Positions 8,072 through 24,142 are shown, numbered from the stretch's first letter. The stretch is 64,000 nt of DNA from Acidobacteriota bacterium (GCA_009835985.1 VXWI01000054.1:10412-74411), one strand, 5' to 3'. The notes: generated by a model from the letters alone, not told the origin. Translations and numbers: made by a program.

Positions 8072-10018
8072 TCAGCGGCAGTTCCCCAACGTGCGGCGGA
8101 AGAAATCCTCCACCCGGCGGTAGAGCGCGATCCGGTTCTCGGGGTCGCGGAAGCCGTGCCCCTCGGGGTAGGTGTGGGCCTCGTACTCGATCCCGTGTTC
8201 CTCGAAGGCGGCCACCGCGAGTTCGAAGTTCAGGAAGGGCGCGCGGACGTCCCGGTCCCCGTGCTGGATCAGCACCGGCGTAGTGATGTTGCCGATACGG
8301 GCGAGGGTCTCGGTCTTGTCGTAGATCTCGGGGCGTTCCTCGGGAAGTCCGCCGTGGCCGTCGATCGTGAAGATCCTGCCCAGCCGGTCCTGGTGCTCGA
8401 AGGTCTGCCGCTCGGAATAGATGCCGGCCATCGGGGCGGCGGCGTCGAACCTGTCCGGAGTACGGGTGATCGCCGCCATGCTCTGCATGCCCCCGTAGCT
8501 GTAGCCGTAGATCCCGACCCGGCCGCTCACGTACGGCTGCTCCCGCAGCCAGTCGGCGGCCGCTCCGGGATCGAGGGCCTGTTCGTTCAGCCAGTCCTCG
8601 TCCCCGAGGTCCTGGAACTCCCGCCCGAACCCCGAGCCGCCCCGGTAGTTCACGGCGAGCACCACGAAGCCCCGGGAAGCGAGGTACTGGTCGGCGAGGT
8701 TGGGCCCCGCCAGGTAGGAGTTCGTCCCGCCGCCGTGGACCTGGACGAGCGCCGGACAGACGCCGCCGGCCTCGACCTCCGGCGGGAGATAGAGGAACCC
8801 CTGGATGTAGTGCCCGTCGAAGCTGCGGTAGGAGATCTCGCGCGGCGACTGGACCCCTTCCCAGACCGGTGACAGCCGGGTCAGCCGCTGGGCCGGCCCG
8901 CCGGACGCCGGAACCGTGTAGAGGTCCGAACCCTCGGTGGCGGAAGAACGGACGAACGCGAAACGCTCGGCACCCGCGCTCGCCGTGACGCTCCCGAACA
9001 CCCCGCCGAGGTTCGTCATCCGGGTGGCCGCGTCGCCCGCGGCGGGAACCGACCACAGGTGGTGTTCGCCGCGCTCCTGGTGGGTGAAGAAGAGGCGCGC
9101 GCCGTCCCCGGACCAGAATGGCCGGAACCGGTAGGCGGTGGCGAAGGAGGACATGGGGAGCGGCTCTTCCGCGCCGCCCGCCGGGTCGAGGAGATAGAGA
9201 TCGGCGATGTCGAGATACCAGTACTCCTCGTTCTTCACGCCGAGGACCGCGAGCCGGCCGCCGTCGGGAGACCACGCCGGGACCGTGGAGATGGCACGGA
9301 TCGAGGTGGTGAGCCGGCGTTCGTCGCCGGTCGCGACGTCGGCGAGCCAGACGTCGTCGGCACGGTAGTCCGCCTTGTTCGCGACGTACGCGACCGTCCC
9401 GCCGTCCGGCGACCAGGAGACGCCGAACCGCACCTCGTCAACGGTCATCGCGTCCGAGGTGAGCTGGCGCGGGTTACCGCCCGCCGCCGGTACGAGCCAG
9501 ACGTCCTGACTGCCGCTCGCGCTCGCCATCACCGCGACCGTCTCGCCGCCGGGCGACCAGGCGGGAGCGCGGACGCCTTCAAGTCCGTCGGTGAGCCGGA
9601 CGGCGTCCGGATCGCCGACCGGGGCGCGGAAGAGATTCCCGTCCCGGAGGAACGCGATATAGCGGCTGTCGGGCGACCAGGCCGGGGAGCTTCCGGACAG
9701 CCAGAAACGCGGGACCGGTGGGTCCTCGGTGAGGTCGAGCAGGTGGATGCCCCGTCCGTCGGCGCTCTCGGCGACCGCCGCCACCCAGCGGCCGTCGGGC
9801 GAGATGGCGGCGGAGAATACGCCGCCCCGGGCGTCGCGGAAGATGTTCTCGAGAGTGAGGGGAACCCGGGCATCACCCGGACCTTCACCGTTCGGCGGAC
9901 CACCGCAGGCCGTGAGCCCAAGGGCGCCGAAACCGATCGCCCGGAGAAGGGTCCGCGACCGGGCGAACCGGCCCAGGCGGAGGGGCAAGAGGGTAGCTCT
10001 TGGGGTGTTGTGCCGCAC
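8072..10018 (-). CDS. S9 family serine peptidase (prolyl oligopeptidase/dipeptidyl-peptidase type) with N-terminal TolB-like beta-propeller
   Basis: C-terminal alpha/beta-hydrolase domain with catalytic GYSYGG. Repeated PDG/SPDG propeller motifs in the N-terminal half. Probable lipoprotein signal (LGLTACGG). Start is approximate (GTG near 10018). Confidence 0.75.
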   Translation of the reverse strand: MRHNTPRATLLPLRLGRFARSRTLLRAIGFGALGLTACGGPPNGEGPGDARVPLTLENIFRDARGGVFSAAISPDGRWVAAVAESADGRGIHLLDLTEDPPVPRFWLSGSSPAWSPDSRYIAFLRDGNLFRAPVGDPDAVRLTDGLEGVRAPAWSPGGETVAVMASASGSQDVWLVPAAGGNPRQLTSDAMTVDEVRFGVSWSPDGGTVAYVANKADYRADDVWLADVATGDERRLTTSIRAISTVPAWSPDGGRLAVLGVKNEEYWYLDIADLYLLDPAGGAEEPLPMSSFATAYRFRPFWSGDGARLFFTHQERGEHHLWSVPAAGDAATRMTNLGGVFGSVTASAGAERFAFVRSSATEGSDLYTVPASGGPAQRLTRLSPVWEGVQSPREISYRSFDGHYIQGFLYLPPEVEAGGVCPALVQVHGGGTNSYLAGPNLADQYLASRGFVVLAVNYRGGSGFGREFQDLGDEDWLNEQALDPGAAADWLREQPYVSGRVGIYGYSYGGMQSMAAITRTPDRFDAAAPMAGIYSERQTFEHQDRLGRIFTIDGHGGLPEERPEIYDKTETLARIGNITTPVLIQHGDRDVRAPFLNFELAVAAFEEHGIEYEAHTYPEGHGFRDPENRIALYRRVEDFFRRTLGNCR

Positions 10019-10173
10019 GATGACGTATCGTGCCACCGCGCCCTCAGATTGGCGGAGCGCAGCGTCATCAGCGCTGGTTTCGCGCTCCCGCGCGATGCCG
10101 GCCGGAGGCCGGCGCTCCGAGGCGTCACCAGGCCGGTACCATTGGGATTCCATCACCGGAGCAACCGTCAGCC

Positions 10174-11285
10174 ATGAGAAGTGCCCTCCTGCCCCGCGGC
10201 CTCGTCGGGATGCTGTCCGCCTTCGCCTTCGTCCTCGCCAGCCCCGTGACGGGTCAGACGAGCGCCGACAAGAGCTACTACGCCTACGTGGCGGCCGAGT
10301 CCGACGACACCGTGGACCTCGTCCGCTTCGGGCCGGACGGCGGCGAGCTGCTCCGGCGGATTCCCGTGGGGATCCTCCCGAACGAGATCGAGGGCCCGCA
10401 CGGCGTGCGAGTCTCCCCCGACGGCCGCCACTGGTACGTCTCGATCGCCCACGGCATGCCCTACGGCACCGTCCACAAGTTCGAAACCGGCACCGACCTC
10501 GAAGTCGCCGACACCACCGCCGGCCTCTTCCCCGCCACCATGGACATCAGCCCGGCGACCGGGTTCCTGTTCGTCGTGAACTTCAACCTGCACGGCGACC
10601 ACGTGCCCTCGAACGTCTCGGTGATCGACACCGTCTCGATGACCGAGATCGCCCAGATCGAGCAGGGCGTGATGCCGCACGGATCGAGGCTGAGCACCGA
10701 CGGGATGCTGGCCTATTCCGTCGCCATGATGAGCGCCGAGCTGTTCGAGATCGACACCATGACCTTCCAGGCCAGCCGGCGGATGCGCCTCACCGGCGAC
10801 AACGCGACCACGAAGGCGGTGATGGAGGGAGATCCCCACGCGGGGCACGCGATGGGCGGCGGGCCGGCGGCGAGCCCCACCTGGATCCAGCCGGCTCCCG
10901 ACGGCAGGCACGCCTACGTCGCGCTCCAGGGGTTGAACCAGGTCCTCGAGGTGGACCTCGAAGCCTGGGAGCCCCGGCGCCGGTTCCACACCCAGCGGGG
11001 GCCCTACAACGTCGACGTCTCGGCAGACGGCAAACACCTCGTGGTCACCGAAAAGACGAACGACTCGGTCGGCTTCTGGGATCTGGAGAGCGGGACCGAG
11101 CGGGCGTCGGTCCCGGCCTCGGCGCGCATCACCCACGGGGTGGTGATCACCCCGGACAGCCGCTTCGCCATCGTCACCGTCGAGGAAATCGGCGGCGAAC
11201 CCGGGCGGGTCGAGTTCTACAGCCTGGAGTCCCTGGAGCGCGAAGCGGTCGTCGAGGTCGGGAAACAGGCTTCGGGCATCGCCTT

Positions 11286-11301
<16 letters not shown>
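10174..11301 (+). CDS. Secreted YVTN-type beta-propeller repeat protein
   Basis: Signal peptide MRSALLPRGLVGMLSAFAFVLA. Repeated motifs (SPDGRHWYVS, TPDSRFAIVT) typical of 7-bladed lactonase/YVTN propellers. Confidence 0.6.
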
Positions 11302-17188
<5,887 letters not shown>

Positions 17189-17221
17189 GAGAAGGGACCG
17201 CCCCGTCTCCACATCAGCTCT

Positions 17222-17275
17222 GCGGCGCGCCGGCTTGGAACGCCGGTCTCCACACCGGCACGCGCGGCGCTCCGC
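17222..17275. repeat. Third copy of the palindromic-element arm (cggcttggaacgccggtctcca), followed by GC hairpin gcgcggcgc-tcc-gcgccgcgc
   Basis: 17 consecutive nt identical to the reverse complement of the arm at 8014-8036. Lies in the intergenic region after lacZ. Confidence 0.5.
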
Positions 17276-17440
17276 GCCGCGCACGTCGTAACCCCCATCA
17301 TTCTCATCGCACAACGCCTCGGAGCGCCGGCCTCCGGCCGGCATCGCGGCCCGAGAGGGCCGCGAAAACCCGCATGCCGCCGATTCCCGGAGTCGGAGTC
17401 GCGACACTCGTCGCGGGCGCTGCTGCAAGAATCGCCCGGC

Positions 17441-18133
17441 ATGTCCCGCCATTCCGTGCGCCGCCACCTGCGCGTCGAGGTCGACGCCTACGACGAGGCG
17501 ATCCGGCGTTTCATCCCGGGATACGAGCCGATGCTCGCATCGGCCGCCGCGGAGATCGCGCGGGTCGCGCCGGAACACGTCCTCGACCTCGGCGGCGGCA
17601 CCGGCGCCCTCGCCGAAGCCATCCTGCTTGCGGCGCCGGGCGCGACGGTCGAGCTGATCGACGTGGACCCCGACATGCTCGCGGTGGCCCGGGAACGCCT
17701 CGACGGGTACTTGCGCCGGACGCGCTTCCGCGAGGCCTCCTTCGAGGATCCCCTCCCGGAGGCCGACGCAGTCGCCGCTTCGCTCGCCCTCCACCACGTC
17801 CCCACGATGGACGAAAAGCGGCGCCTCTTCGCCCGGATCCACGACTGTCTCCGCCCGGGCGGCGTCTTCGTGAACGCCGACGCCACGATGCCGGCGGAAC
17901 CCGATGCCCAAGAGCCCGTGTGGCGTGCTTGGGCTGCCCACCTGGTGTCGTGCGGCATCCCGGAAGAGCGCGCCTACCGGCACTTCGCCGAATGGCAGGA
18001 AGAGGACACCTACTTCCCGAAGGAGGTGGAAGCCGCGGCGATGCGCGCCGCGGGATTCGAGGCGGAACTGGTGTGGACCGAAGACCCGATGGTCGTCGCC
18101 GTCGGACGGACCCGGGGATTGGATCGGCCGTGA
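17441..18133 (+). CDS. Class I SAM-dependent methyltransferase
   Basis: Motif I VLDLGGGTGALAEAILLAAPGATVELIDVD and the downstream acidic motif. Confidence 0.7.
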   Translation: MSRHSVRRHLRVEVDAYDEAIRRFIPGYEPMLASAAAEIARVAPEHVLDLGGGTGALAEAILLAAPGATVELIDVDPDMLAVARERLDGYLRRTRFREASFEDPLPEADAVAASLALHHVPTMDEKRRLFARIHDCLRPGGVFVNADATMPAEPDAQEPVWRAWAAHLVSCGIPEERAYRHFAEWQEEDTYFPKEVEAAAMRAAGFEAELVWTEDPMVVAVGRTRGLDRP

Positions 18134-18206
18134 GAATCTTCAACATCGACTCGGACGAACGACTCACGAAACCGATGCGCTAGGCTAGGTCCGCGGTCTG
18201 AAAGGC

Positions 18207-18497
18207 ATGGCGAAGATCACCCTGAGGGCGAATTTCCACCAGGAACGCAACCAGTGGATCGGCTGGTGTCCTGATCTGGACGTGACCTCCCAGGGCGCAA
18301 CGAGGGACGAAGCGGAAAAGAACCTGCGGGAAGCAGTGGAACTGTTTCTGGAGACGTGTCAGGAAATGGGGACCTTGGACGAAGTGTTGCGAGAGGCCGG
18401 GTTGCTTCCGATTGCGGAAGTGAAGACCTTCCAGGTCGCCTGGCCCCTGCTCAAGGACTCCCGTTCCGAGACCCGTGCCGCGACTCCATCCGGTTAG
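18207..18497 (+). CDS. hicB: HicB-family antitoxin (UPF0150)
   Basis: MAKITLRANFHQERNQWIGWCPDLDVTSQGATRDEAEKNLREAVELFLE is the RNase-H-like HicB N-domain signature. Confidence 0.7.
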   Translation: MAKITLRANFHQERNQWIGWCPDLDVTSQGATRDEAEKNLREAVELFLETCQEMGTLDEVLREAGLLPIAEVKTFQVAWPLLKDSRSETRAATPSG

Positions 18498-18711
18498 CGT
18501 CGAGGCTCTGATCCGGGTATTCGAAGCGGACGGCTGGGTGCGGACCCGGCAGAAGGGCTCCCATCTGAGCCTCACGAAACCGGGTCACAAGCGTCCGCTG
18601 GTCATCCCGACGAACAAGAAGGAGGCGGAGGTTTGGCTCATCCGAACCAATCTGCGAACCGCGGGGATGGACCGCGGCAGGTATTTCGACCTGCTCGAAC
18701 GCGTCACGTGA
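18475..18711 (+). CDS. hicA: HicA-family mRNA interferase toxin
   Basis: VRTRQKGSHLSLTKPGHKRPLVIPTNKK matches the HicA dsRBD-like fold motif (GSHxxL). Overlaps hicB by 23 nt. Confidence 0.7.
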   Translation: MPRLHPVSVEALIRVFEADGWVRTRQKGSHLSLTKPGHKRPLVIPTNKKEAEVWLIRTNLRTAGMDRGRYFDLLERVT

Positions 18712-18769
18712 ACGCGGCGACGGGCGGAGAGCGCGGGTCTCCGTCCCGCCGGGAGTCAGGATCGTGCGC

Positions 18770-19896
18770 TCACCCCCCGAGCAGCGACCGCGCCAGCACC
18801 CCCATCCCGAACCCGAAGTAGTTCCCCACCGCGTAGCCGGCGAGCGCCACCGCGATCCCCGGGAGCATCTGGACGGCGTAGCCGCGGGCGGAGGCGATCG
18901 CCACCGCGGAGGCGGCGCCGCCGATGTTCGCCTGGGACGCCACCGAGAGGGTCCCGGCGTCGATCCGGAGGAGCCGTCCCACCCCGAAGATCACGAGTCC
19001 GTGGACGGCGACGATGAGGGTTGCGAACCAGAACAGCACCGCGCCGGCGGCGAACATCTCGGAGACCAGGGACCGCGCCCCGTTCGCCGCCAGGAACAGG
19101 TAGAGCAGCGAGTTCCCGAGCACCGGCGCCCCCCGGAGCTTCCGCACCGGGCCGACGTGGCCGAGGATCAGGGTGATGGTGGTCAGCCAGAGCACCGACG
19201 GGACCACCGGCCACGCCGCCGCGATCAGGCGCGCCGCGACCATGGTCCCGAGCGTGATCGCCGCCAGTCCGAAGAAATCCAGCATCCGGAGGCTCTCACC
19301 GCTCTCGTTGAGCCGCTCTTCGAGCGTCAGCGGCCCCTCACGCGGCCGGTTCGGGTCGAGAGCCCTCCCGCCGCGGAGCAGCGCGGGAATCGCGATGCAG
19401 GCGGCGAGCCAGATGCTGGTCACGATCACATCGGCGGCGAGCGCCCCCGACATGAGGTTCGGGTCGGTCTCGAAGGCCGCGGCGAGCGCGTAGAAGTTGG
19501 CGCTGCCCCCAATGTAGGTCCCGGTGAACTGGCCGGTGAGCTTCCACGCCTCCGGACCCAGCGCGTCGGCGAGCAGGACCGTCGCGAGGAACGTCCCCAG
19601 CATGGTGCCGAGCGCCCCGAGCCCGAACGCGGTGAGCATCGCCTTCCCGGCCTTCAGGACCGCCCGCAGGTCCACGTTCAGGAGCACCAGCACGATCGCG
19701 GCGTTGATGTTGGAGATCTGCTCGTAGCTCTCCGCCTCGCCGACCAGGATCCCGGTATTGGACAGGACCATCCCGAAGAGGAGGCACAAGAGCCCGGCGC
19801 TCAGTGACCGGAAGAACCGGTAGTTGCGCTCCAGCCAGACGGCGAGGAACACCGACGCCGCGAGCGCCAGGAAGATCCCGAAGGGGTCGGCGATCA
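18770..19896 (-). CDS. DUF819-family polytopic membrane protein (paralog 1)
   Basis: Paralogous to the next gene (WKLTGQFTGTYIGG, NVDLR, ANIGGAASAVAIA are shared). Start assigned to TTG at 19894-19896 to give M-I-A-DPFG, parallel to the paralog's MIQDPFG. The N-terminal 65 aa of the track ORF are an artefact. Confidence 0.6.
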
Positions 19897-19910
19897 AGAA
19901 ACGCCCTTGC

Positions 19911-21044
19911 TCAGCCCCCGAGCAGCGTCCGCGCCATGGTCCCCATCCCGAACCCGAGGTAGTTCCCGAACGCGTAGCCGCCGAGCGCCACCGCGATCCC
20001 CGGCAGCAGCTTGTCCCCGTAGCCGCGCGCAGTGGCGATCGCCACCGCCGAGGCGGCGCCGCCGATGTTGGCCTGCGACGCCACCACCAGTGTCCCCGCA
20101 TCGAACCGGAGCAGCCGGCCGATGCCGAAGATCACGAGCCCGTGAACTCCCACCGTGATCAGCGCGTAGAAGAACAGCGACGGCCCGTAGGCCAGCATCT
20201 CCGAGACCAGCGACTGGGCGCCGTTCCCGGCCAGGAACAGGTAGAGCAGCGAGTTGCCGAGGACCGGGGCGCCCCGGAGCTTTCGGACCGGCGGCGTGTG
20301 GCCGAGGACGAGCGCAATGGTGGTCAGCCAGAGCACCGCCGGCACCACCGGGACCGCGGCCGCCAGGAGCCGCGCCGCCACCATCGCCCCGAGCGTGATC
20401 GCGGAGAGCCCGAAGAAGTCCATCATCCGCAGGCTCTCGCCGCTCTCCTTGAGCCGCTGCTCGAGCGTCAGCGGGGCATCGCCCTTGCGGACCGGGTCGA
20501 GCCCCTTCCCGCCGTAGAGGAGCGCCGGGATGACGAGGCAGGTCGCGAGCCAGCAGGCGGTGACGATCACGTCGGCGGCGACCGCCCCGGACATGATGTT
20601 CGGATCGGTCCCGAAGGCTCCCGCGAGCGCGTAGAAGTTCGCCCCGCCGCCGATGTAGGTCCCGGTGAACTGCCCGGTGAGCTTCCAGGTCTCGGGGCCG
20701 ATGGCGCCGGCGAGCAGGAACGTGGCGACCGCCGTCCCGAGCATGGTGCCGGCGGCGCCGATGCCGAACGCCCCCAGCATGGGCTTCCCGGCCGCCAGGA
20801 GGGTGCGAAGGTCCACGTTGAGGAGCACGAGCACAATCGCGGCGTTCACCCAGATGTTGCCGAGCTGGTAGTAGGCCTCGGCGTCCCCCGGCAGGAGCCC
20901 GGAGTTCGACAGGATCATCCCGAACACGAGGCACATGAGACCCGCGCTCATGGCGCGGAAGAAGCGGTAGCGCCCCTCGAGCCAGACTGCCAGGAAGACC
21001 GCCCCGGCGAGCGCCAGGAAGACGCCGAAGGGGTCCTGGATCAC
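19911..21044 (-). CDS. DUF819-family polytopic membrane protein (paralog 2)
   Basis: ATG start MIQDPFGVFLALAGAVFLAVWLEGRYRFF. About 11 TM segments. Roughly two-thirds identical to paralog 1 by eye. Confidence 0.65.
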   Translation of the reverse strand: MIQDPFGVFLALAGAVFLAVWLEGRYRFFRAMSAGLMCLVFGMILSNSGLLPGDAEAYYQLGNIWVNAAIVLVLLNVDLRTLLAAGKPMLGAFGIGAAGTMLGTAVATFLLAGAIGPETWKLTGQFTGTYIGGGANFYALAGAFGTDPNIMSGAVAADVIVTACWLATCLVIPALLYGGKGLDPVRKGDAPLTLEQRLKESGESLRMMDFFGLSAITLGAMVAARLLAAAVPVVPAVLWLTTIALVLGHTPPVRKLRGAPVLGNSLLYLFLAGNGAQSLVSEMLAYGPSLFFYALITVGVHGLVIFGIGRLLRFDAGTLVVASQANIGGAASAVAIATARGYGDKLLPGIAVALGGYAFGNYLGFGMGTMARTLLGG

Positions 21045-21063
21045 GGGCGCTTCCTTTCCCCGC

Positions 21064-22179
21064 TCAGCGGATGGCGTCCGCCCATTCGCGCACCGGGTTC
21101 ACGAGGGTGCCGATGCCCTCGGCCCAGCAGGCGGCGGTGTCGCCGGGTTTCATGAAGATGGGCGGGATGCGGGCGTACCCCACGCCGTCCGGGGTTCCGG
21201 TGGCGATCACGTCGCCCGGCCGGAGGATCAGGTTGTGGGAGGCGAACTGGATGAGTTCCGGAATCTTGTGCTCCATGATGCCGGTGTTGGCGTCCTGCAT
21301 GATCTCGCCCGACAGGGTGAAGCGGATGTCCAGGTCGTGCGGGTCGGCGACGAACTCCGCCGGGGTGATGAAGGGGCCGAGCGGGGCGAACGTCTCCGTG
21401 GACTTCCAGACCAGCCAGTCCGACCCGTAGCGGTCGTCGCCCCTGCCCTCCCGGTCGCCCACGTCGTTCATCATGGTGTAGCCGAAGACGTGGGCGCCGG
21501 CGTCCTCCGCCTCGACGTCGCTCGCCGGACGGCCGATCACCACCGCGAGTTCGCACTCCCAGTCCACCATCTCCCGCTCGGGCTTCATCAGGATCGGCTC
21601 GCCGTGACCGATGGCGATGCTGCCCGGCTTCAGGAAGAGGTACGGGTTCTGCCGGCGGTCGCCCGGCTCGCGCTCCCAGAAGTGGTCCATCGAGACCTGC
21701 TGGTCGTCGAGCGCCGAGGCGTCGGACATCGCGGCCGGCGCGCCGGTGGTCATCTCCACCCCGTGCGCCGGGTAGTTGAGGGCGGTGGCCAGGATGATCC
21801 CCGGGCGTACCGGCGGGAAGACGTGGAGCCCCTCGAGGTCGTGGATCCACACCGGCCGTTCGTCCGCGGGGCGGTCCAGTAGCGGAACGACCTGGTCCAC
21901 GATGGCGTGCACCCGGTCGCGCATGCCGAGATGCCAGCGCCCGGCGAGTGCCTTCATGTCCTCCGGCATGGGGAGACTCACCCACATGCGGTTGTGCCGC
22001 TCGAGCGAGGCGTTCGCGCCCGCGAGGTCCACCGCCCAGGCGTCGCGGAGCACGATCCCCAGGAACGCCTCGCCCCGGTGCTCGAAGGTCCCCAGCCGGA
22101 AGGGTTCGGCCGATGCGGCGGCGGGAACCGCCAGTGACAGCACAAGCGCGCCGGAGAGCGCGGTGCGGCGTTCGTTCAT
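21064..22179 (-). CDS. Secreted fumarylacetoacetate hydrolase (FAH) family protein
   Basis: Signal peptide. C-terminal FAH fold motifs (GTPDGVG, metal-binding E/D residues, LRPGDVIATGTP). Confidence 0.75.
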   Translation of the reverse strand: MNERRTALSGALVLSLAVPAAASAEPFRLGTFEHRGEAFLGIVLRDAWAVDLAGANASLERHNRMWVSLPMPEDMKALAGRWHLGMRDRVHAIVDQVVPLLDRPADERPVWIHDLEGLHVFPPVRPGIILATALNYPAHGVEMTTGAPAAMSDASALDDQQVSMDHFWEREPGDRRQNPYLFLKPGSIAIGHGEPILMKPEREMVDWECELAVVIGRPASDVEAEDAGAHVFGYTMMNDVGDREGRGDDRYGSDWLVWKSTETFAPLGPFITPAEFVADPHDLDIRFTLSGEIMQDANTGIMEHKIPELIQFASHNLILRPGDVIATGTPDGVGYARIPPIFMKPGDTAACWAEGIGTLVNPVREWADAIR

Positions 22180-22221
22180 GCCGGCGGCGGAGTATGCCAG
22201 CCCTGGGCTGGCGCCGCTAGC

Positions 22222-22399
22222 AGCCTGTGGTGAAACCCACGTGAGCGCCGAGACGGGTGAGGCGCCCGGCTGACAAGGCGCGTGAGGGAGGAATACCGGG
22301 TGTATTCCGACCGAAACGCAACGACGAGCGCATCGCAGAGGCGCGGTTCAGACGGGATGCATCGCCCGTCGAACGCCGCGTGGGTTTCACCACCGGCTG
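22222..22399. promoter_or_regulatory. Nested inverted repeats in the FAH 5' region: outer arms cagcctgtggtgaaacccacg / cgtgggtttcaccaccggctg ~130 bp apart, inner perfect hairpin ggaatac-cgggt-gtattcc
   Basis: Read from sequence. Lies between the stop of the gene at 22400 (-) and the start of the FAH gene at 22179 (-). Confidence 0.35.
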
Positions 22400-24076
22400 C
22401 TAAGGCCGGAGATCCAGCACCGGGTCCTTCTCGCCGGTCATCTCCCAGCGCACCAGGGTGATCGGGATGACTCCGGCCGCGTAGAAGCGGTCGAAGAAAT
22501 CCCTGACGCTGAAGGCGTCGCCCTCCAGCACCGCCACCTCGGCGAGGAGTTGCTCGATCTGGATCTTCCCGATCACGTAGCTCGTCCCGTAGCCGGGCTG
22601 GCGCAGGTAGAGACTCTGCTCGCCGCGCACGAGGGCGCCCTCGGTCAGCCAGCCGCGCGGCGTCCACTTCATCGCGTAGGCGACCGCCTCCTCCATGTCG
22701 AAGCCGCCCCCGTGGAGGTGGAGTCCACTGATGGCGCGGGCCGCGCGCTGGGCGAGCATGATCCAGGTGAGCTCCCGCGACCTTGGCGAACCCTCGAGGA
22801 GACCGAGGTGCATGAACATCTCCTCGACCCCGGTGGCGAGTCCCTCCGAACGGAATGCGTAGATGTTGAACAGCGACGGCACCGCGCGGAGGGGGCTCAG
22901 GTGGGGCGCGTCCCGCATCGCCGCCAGTTCGATCCAGTGGTGCATGTGCGGGCGGAAGGCGTCCGGGTCCCGGTAGTTGACCTCGCTGAAGAAGTTCCGC
23001 AGGTCGTCCGGGTCCTCGAGCGGCTGGAAGGTCCCGTTCACCGCCCGGAGCGCCGGATCCATGTAGTCCTCGATGGTCTGGACCTCCTCGCGGACCAGGA
23101 AGTCCATGTAGCGGTCCACGGACTCGTTGAGGCGCCGGTCGTACTCCGCCGCGGACGCGATCCGCGCCAGTTCGGGGAGCGCCCGGTTCCGGTTCTCCTC
23201 AAGGCGCATCGACGAGTGAGAGCGAGCCAGTTCCCGCTCCATGATGGTCACGATCTGCTCCCACGACCAGGGCAGCAGATGGACGTGCCGCATCGCCCAG
23301 GTGTAGTTGTCGGCGCCGATTCCCGAGGGACCCGTCTTCGAGTCGGCCTCCGCCTCGAGGAACTCCCCAAAGTCCACCGTGGCGGCGTGGGCTGCCTCGA
23401 CCGCGGCGTCGAGCTCAGCGCTCGTTTCCGCCACCCGTTCACCGAACGCGGTGAGGTCGGCAGCCTGGTTCCGGAAGTAGCGGAATCCGCCGAGCCAGAG
23501 GTCCCGGGCGTTCGATTCCGCGAGGTTTGTCTTCGCCTGCGCCAGCACCCCGGGGACGGTCCCGACCCGCTCCGCCAGTTCGGCCGCGTCCGCGTCGGAT
23601 AGGGGGTAGTCGTAGGTCCAGAGGTCGATGAACCCGTGCATCACCGGTCCCTCGTGCGCCGGCACGTCGCTCTGGGCCGTGAAGATCTGGACGTAGAAGC
23701 CGGGATCGCGGGCCCACGGCCGCCGCACCCGGTGGTCGAAGTCGAGCCCGTTCATCTCGGCGCGGAGCAGGTGCCAGTCGACCTGCTCGGAGACCGGCCA
23801 GCTCTCGGGCGCGAGCGCATTCAGCCGGGCGCGCCACGCCGGCAGTTCGGCGTGCTGGCGCGCCATCGCCGCGGCGCCGTAGTCCGGAATCCCGTCCAGG
23901 AACTCGGGCTGCTCGAACTCCCGCCACTCGTCGAAGAGAGCGACGAGGTCCGCGTAGGTGCCGGGTTCGGCCGCGGCCGGCGGGGGTGGTTCGGAGCCGC
24001 ACCCGGCCAGGACCCCGGCGAAAAACAGCGGCAACAGCCGCCGTGGAACAGGCATGGACGCGGAACGGACGGTCAT
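22400..24076 (-). CDS. Hypothetical lipoprotein, possibly DUF885 family
   Basis: Lipoprotein signal (LAGCGSEPPPP), ~558 aa. Assignment to DUF885 is from recall of family size/architecture only. Confidence 0.4.
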   Translation of the reverse strand: MTVRSASMPVPRRLLPLFFAGVLAGCGSEPPPPAAAEPGTYADLVALFDEWREFEQPEFLDGIPDYGAAAMARQHAELPAWRARLNALAPESWPVSEQVDWHLLRAEMNGLDFDHRVRRPWARDPGFYVQIFTAQSDVPAHEGPVMHGFIDLWTYDYPLSDADAAELAERVGTVPGVLAQAKTNLAESNARDLWLGGFRYFRNQAADLTAFGERVAETSAELDAAVEAAHAATVDFGEFLEAEADSKTGPSGIGADNYTWAMRHVHLLPWSWEQIVTIMERELARSHSSMRLEENRNRALPELARIASAAEYDRRLNESVDRYMDFLVREEVQTIEDYMDPALRAVNGTFQPLEDPDDLRNFFSEVNYRDPDAFRPHMHHWIELAAMRDAPHLSPLRAVPSLFNIYAFRSEGLATGVEEMFMHLGLLEGSPRSRELTWIMLAQRAARAISGLHLHGGGFDMEEAVAYAMKWTPRGWLTEGALVRGEQSLYLRQPGYGTSYVIGKIQIEQLLAEVAVLEGDAFSVRDFFDRFYAAGVIPITLVRWEMTGEKDPVLDLRP

Positions 24077-24142
24077 GGCTTGCCTCCCCGACCCGCCGAT
24101 CGTACGCGCCCCGGCGGCGGCGTGCAGGAAACCTCGCTGCGG

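Noticed and set aside
7816-8872. ORFs 7816..8046(-) and 7859..8872(+) with mirrored peptide motifs (AWNAGFS / AWNTGFS, LKPVFQAGG / LKPAFQAAP)
   Set aside because: The mirrored peptides are produced by translating the two arms of the intergenic palindrome. The plus-strand ORF then runs antisense through the S9 peptidase. Not genes.
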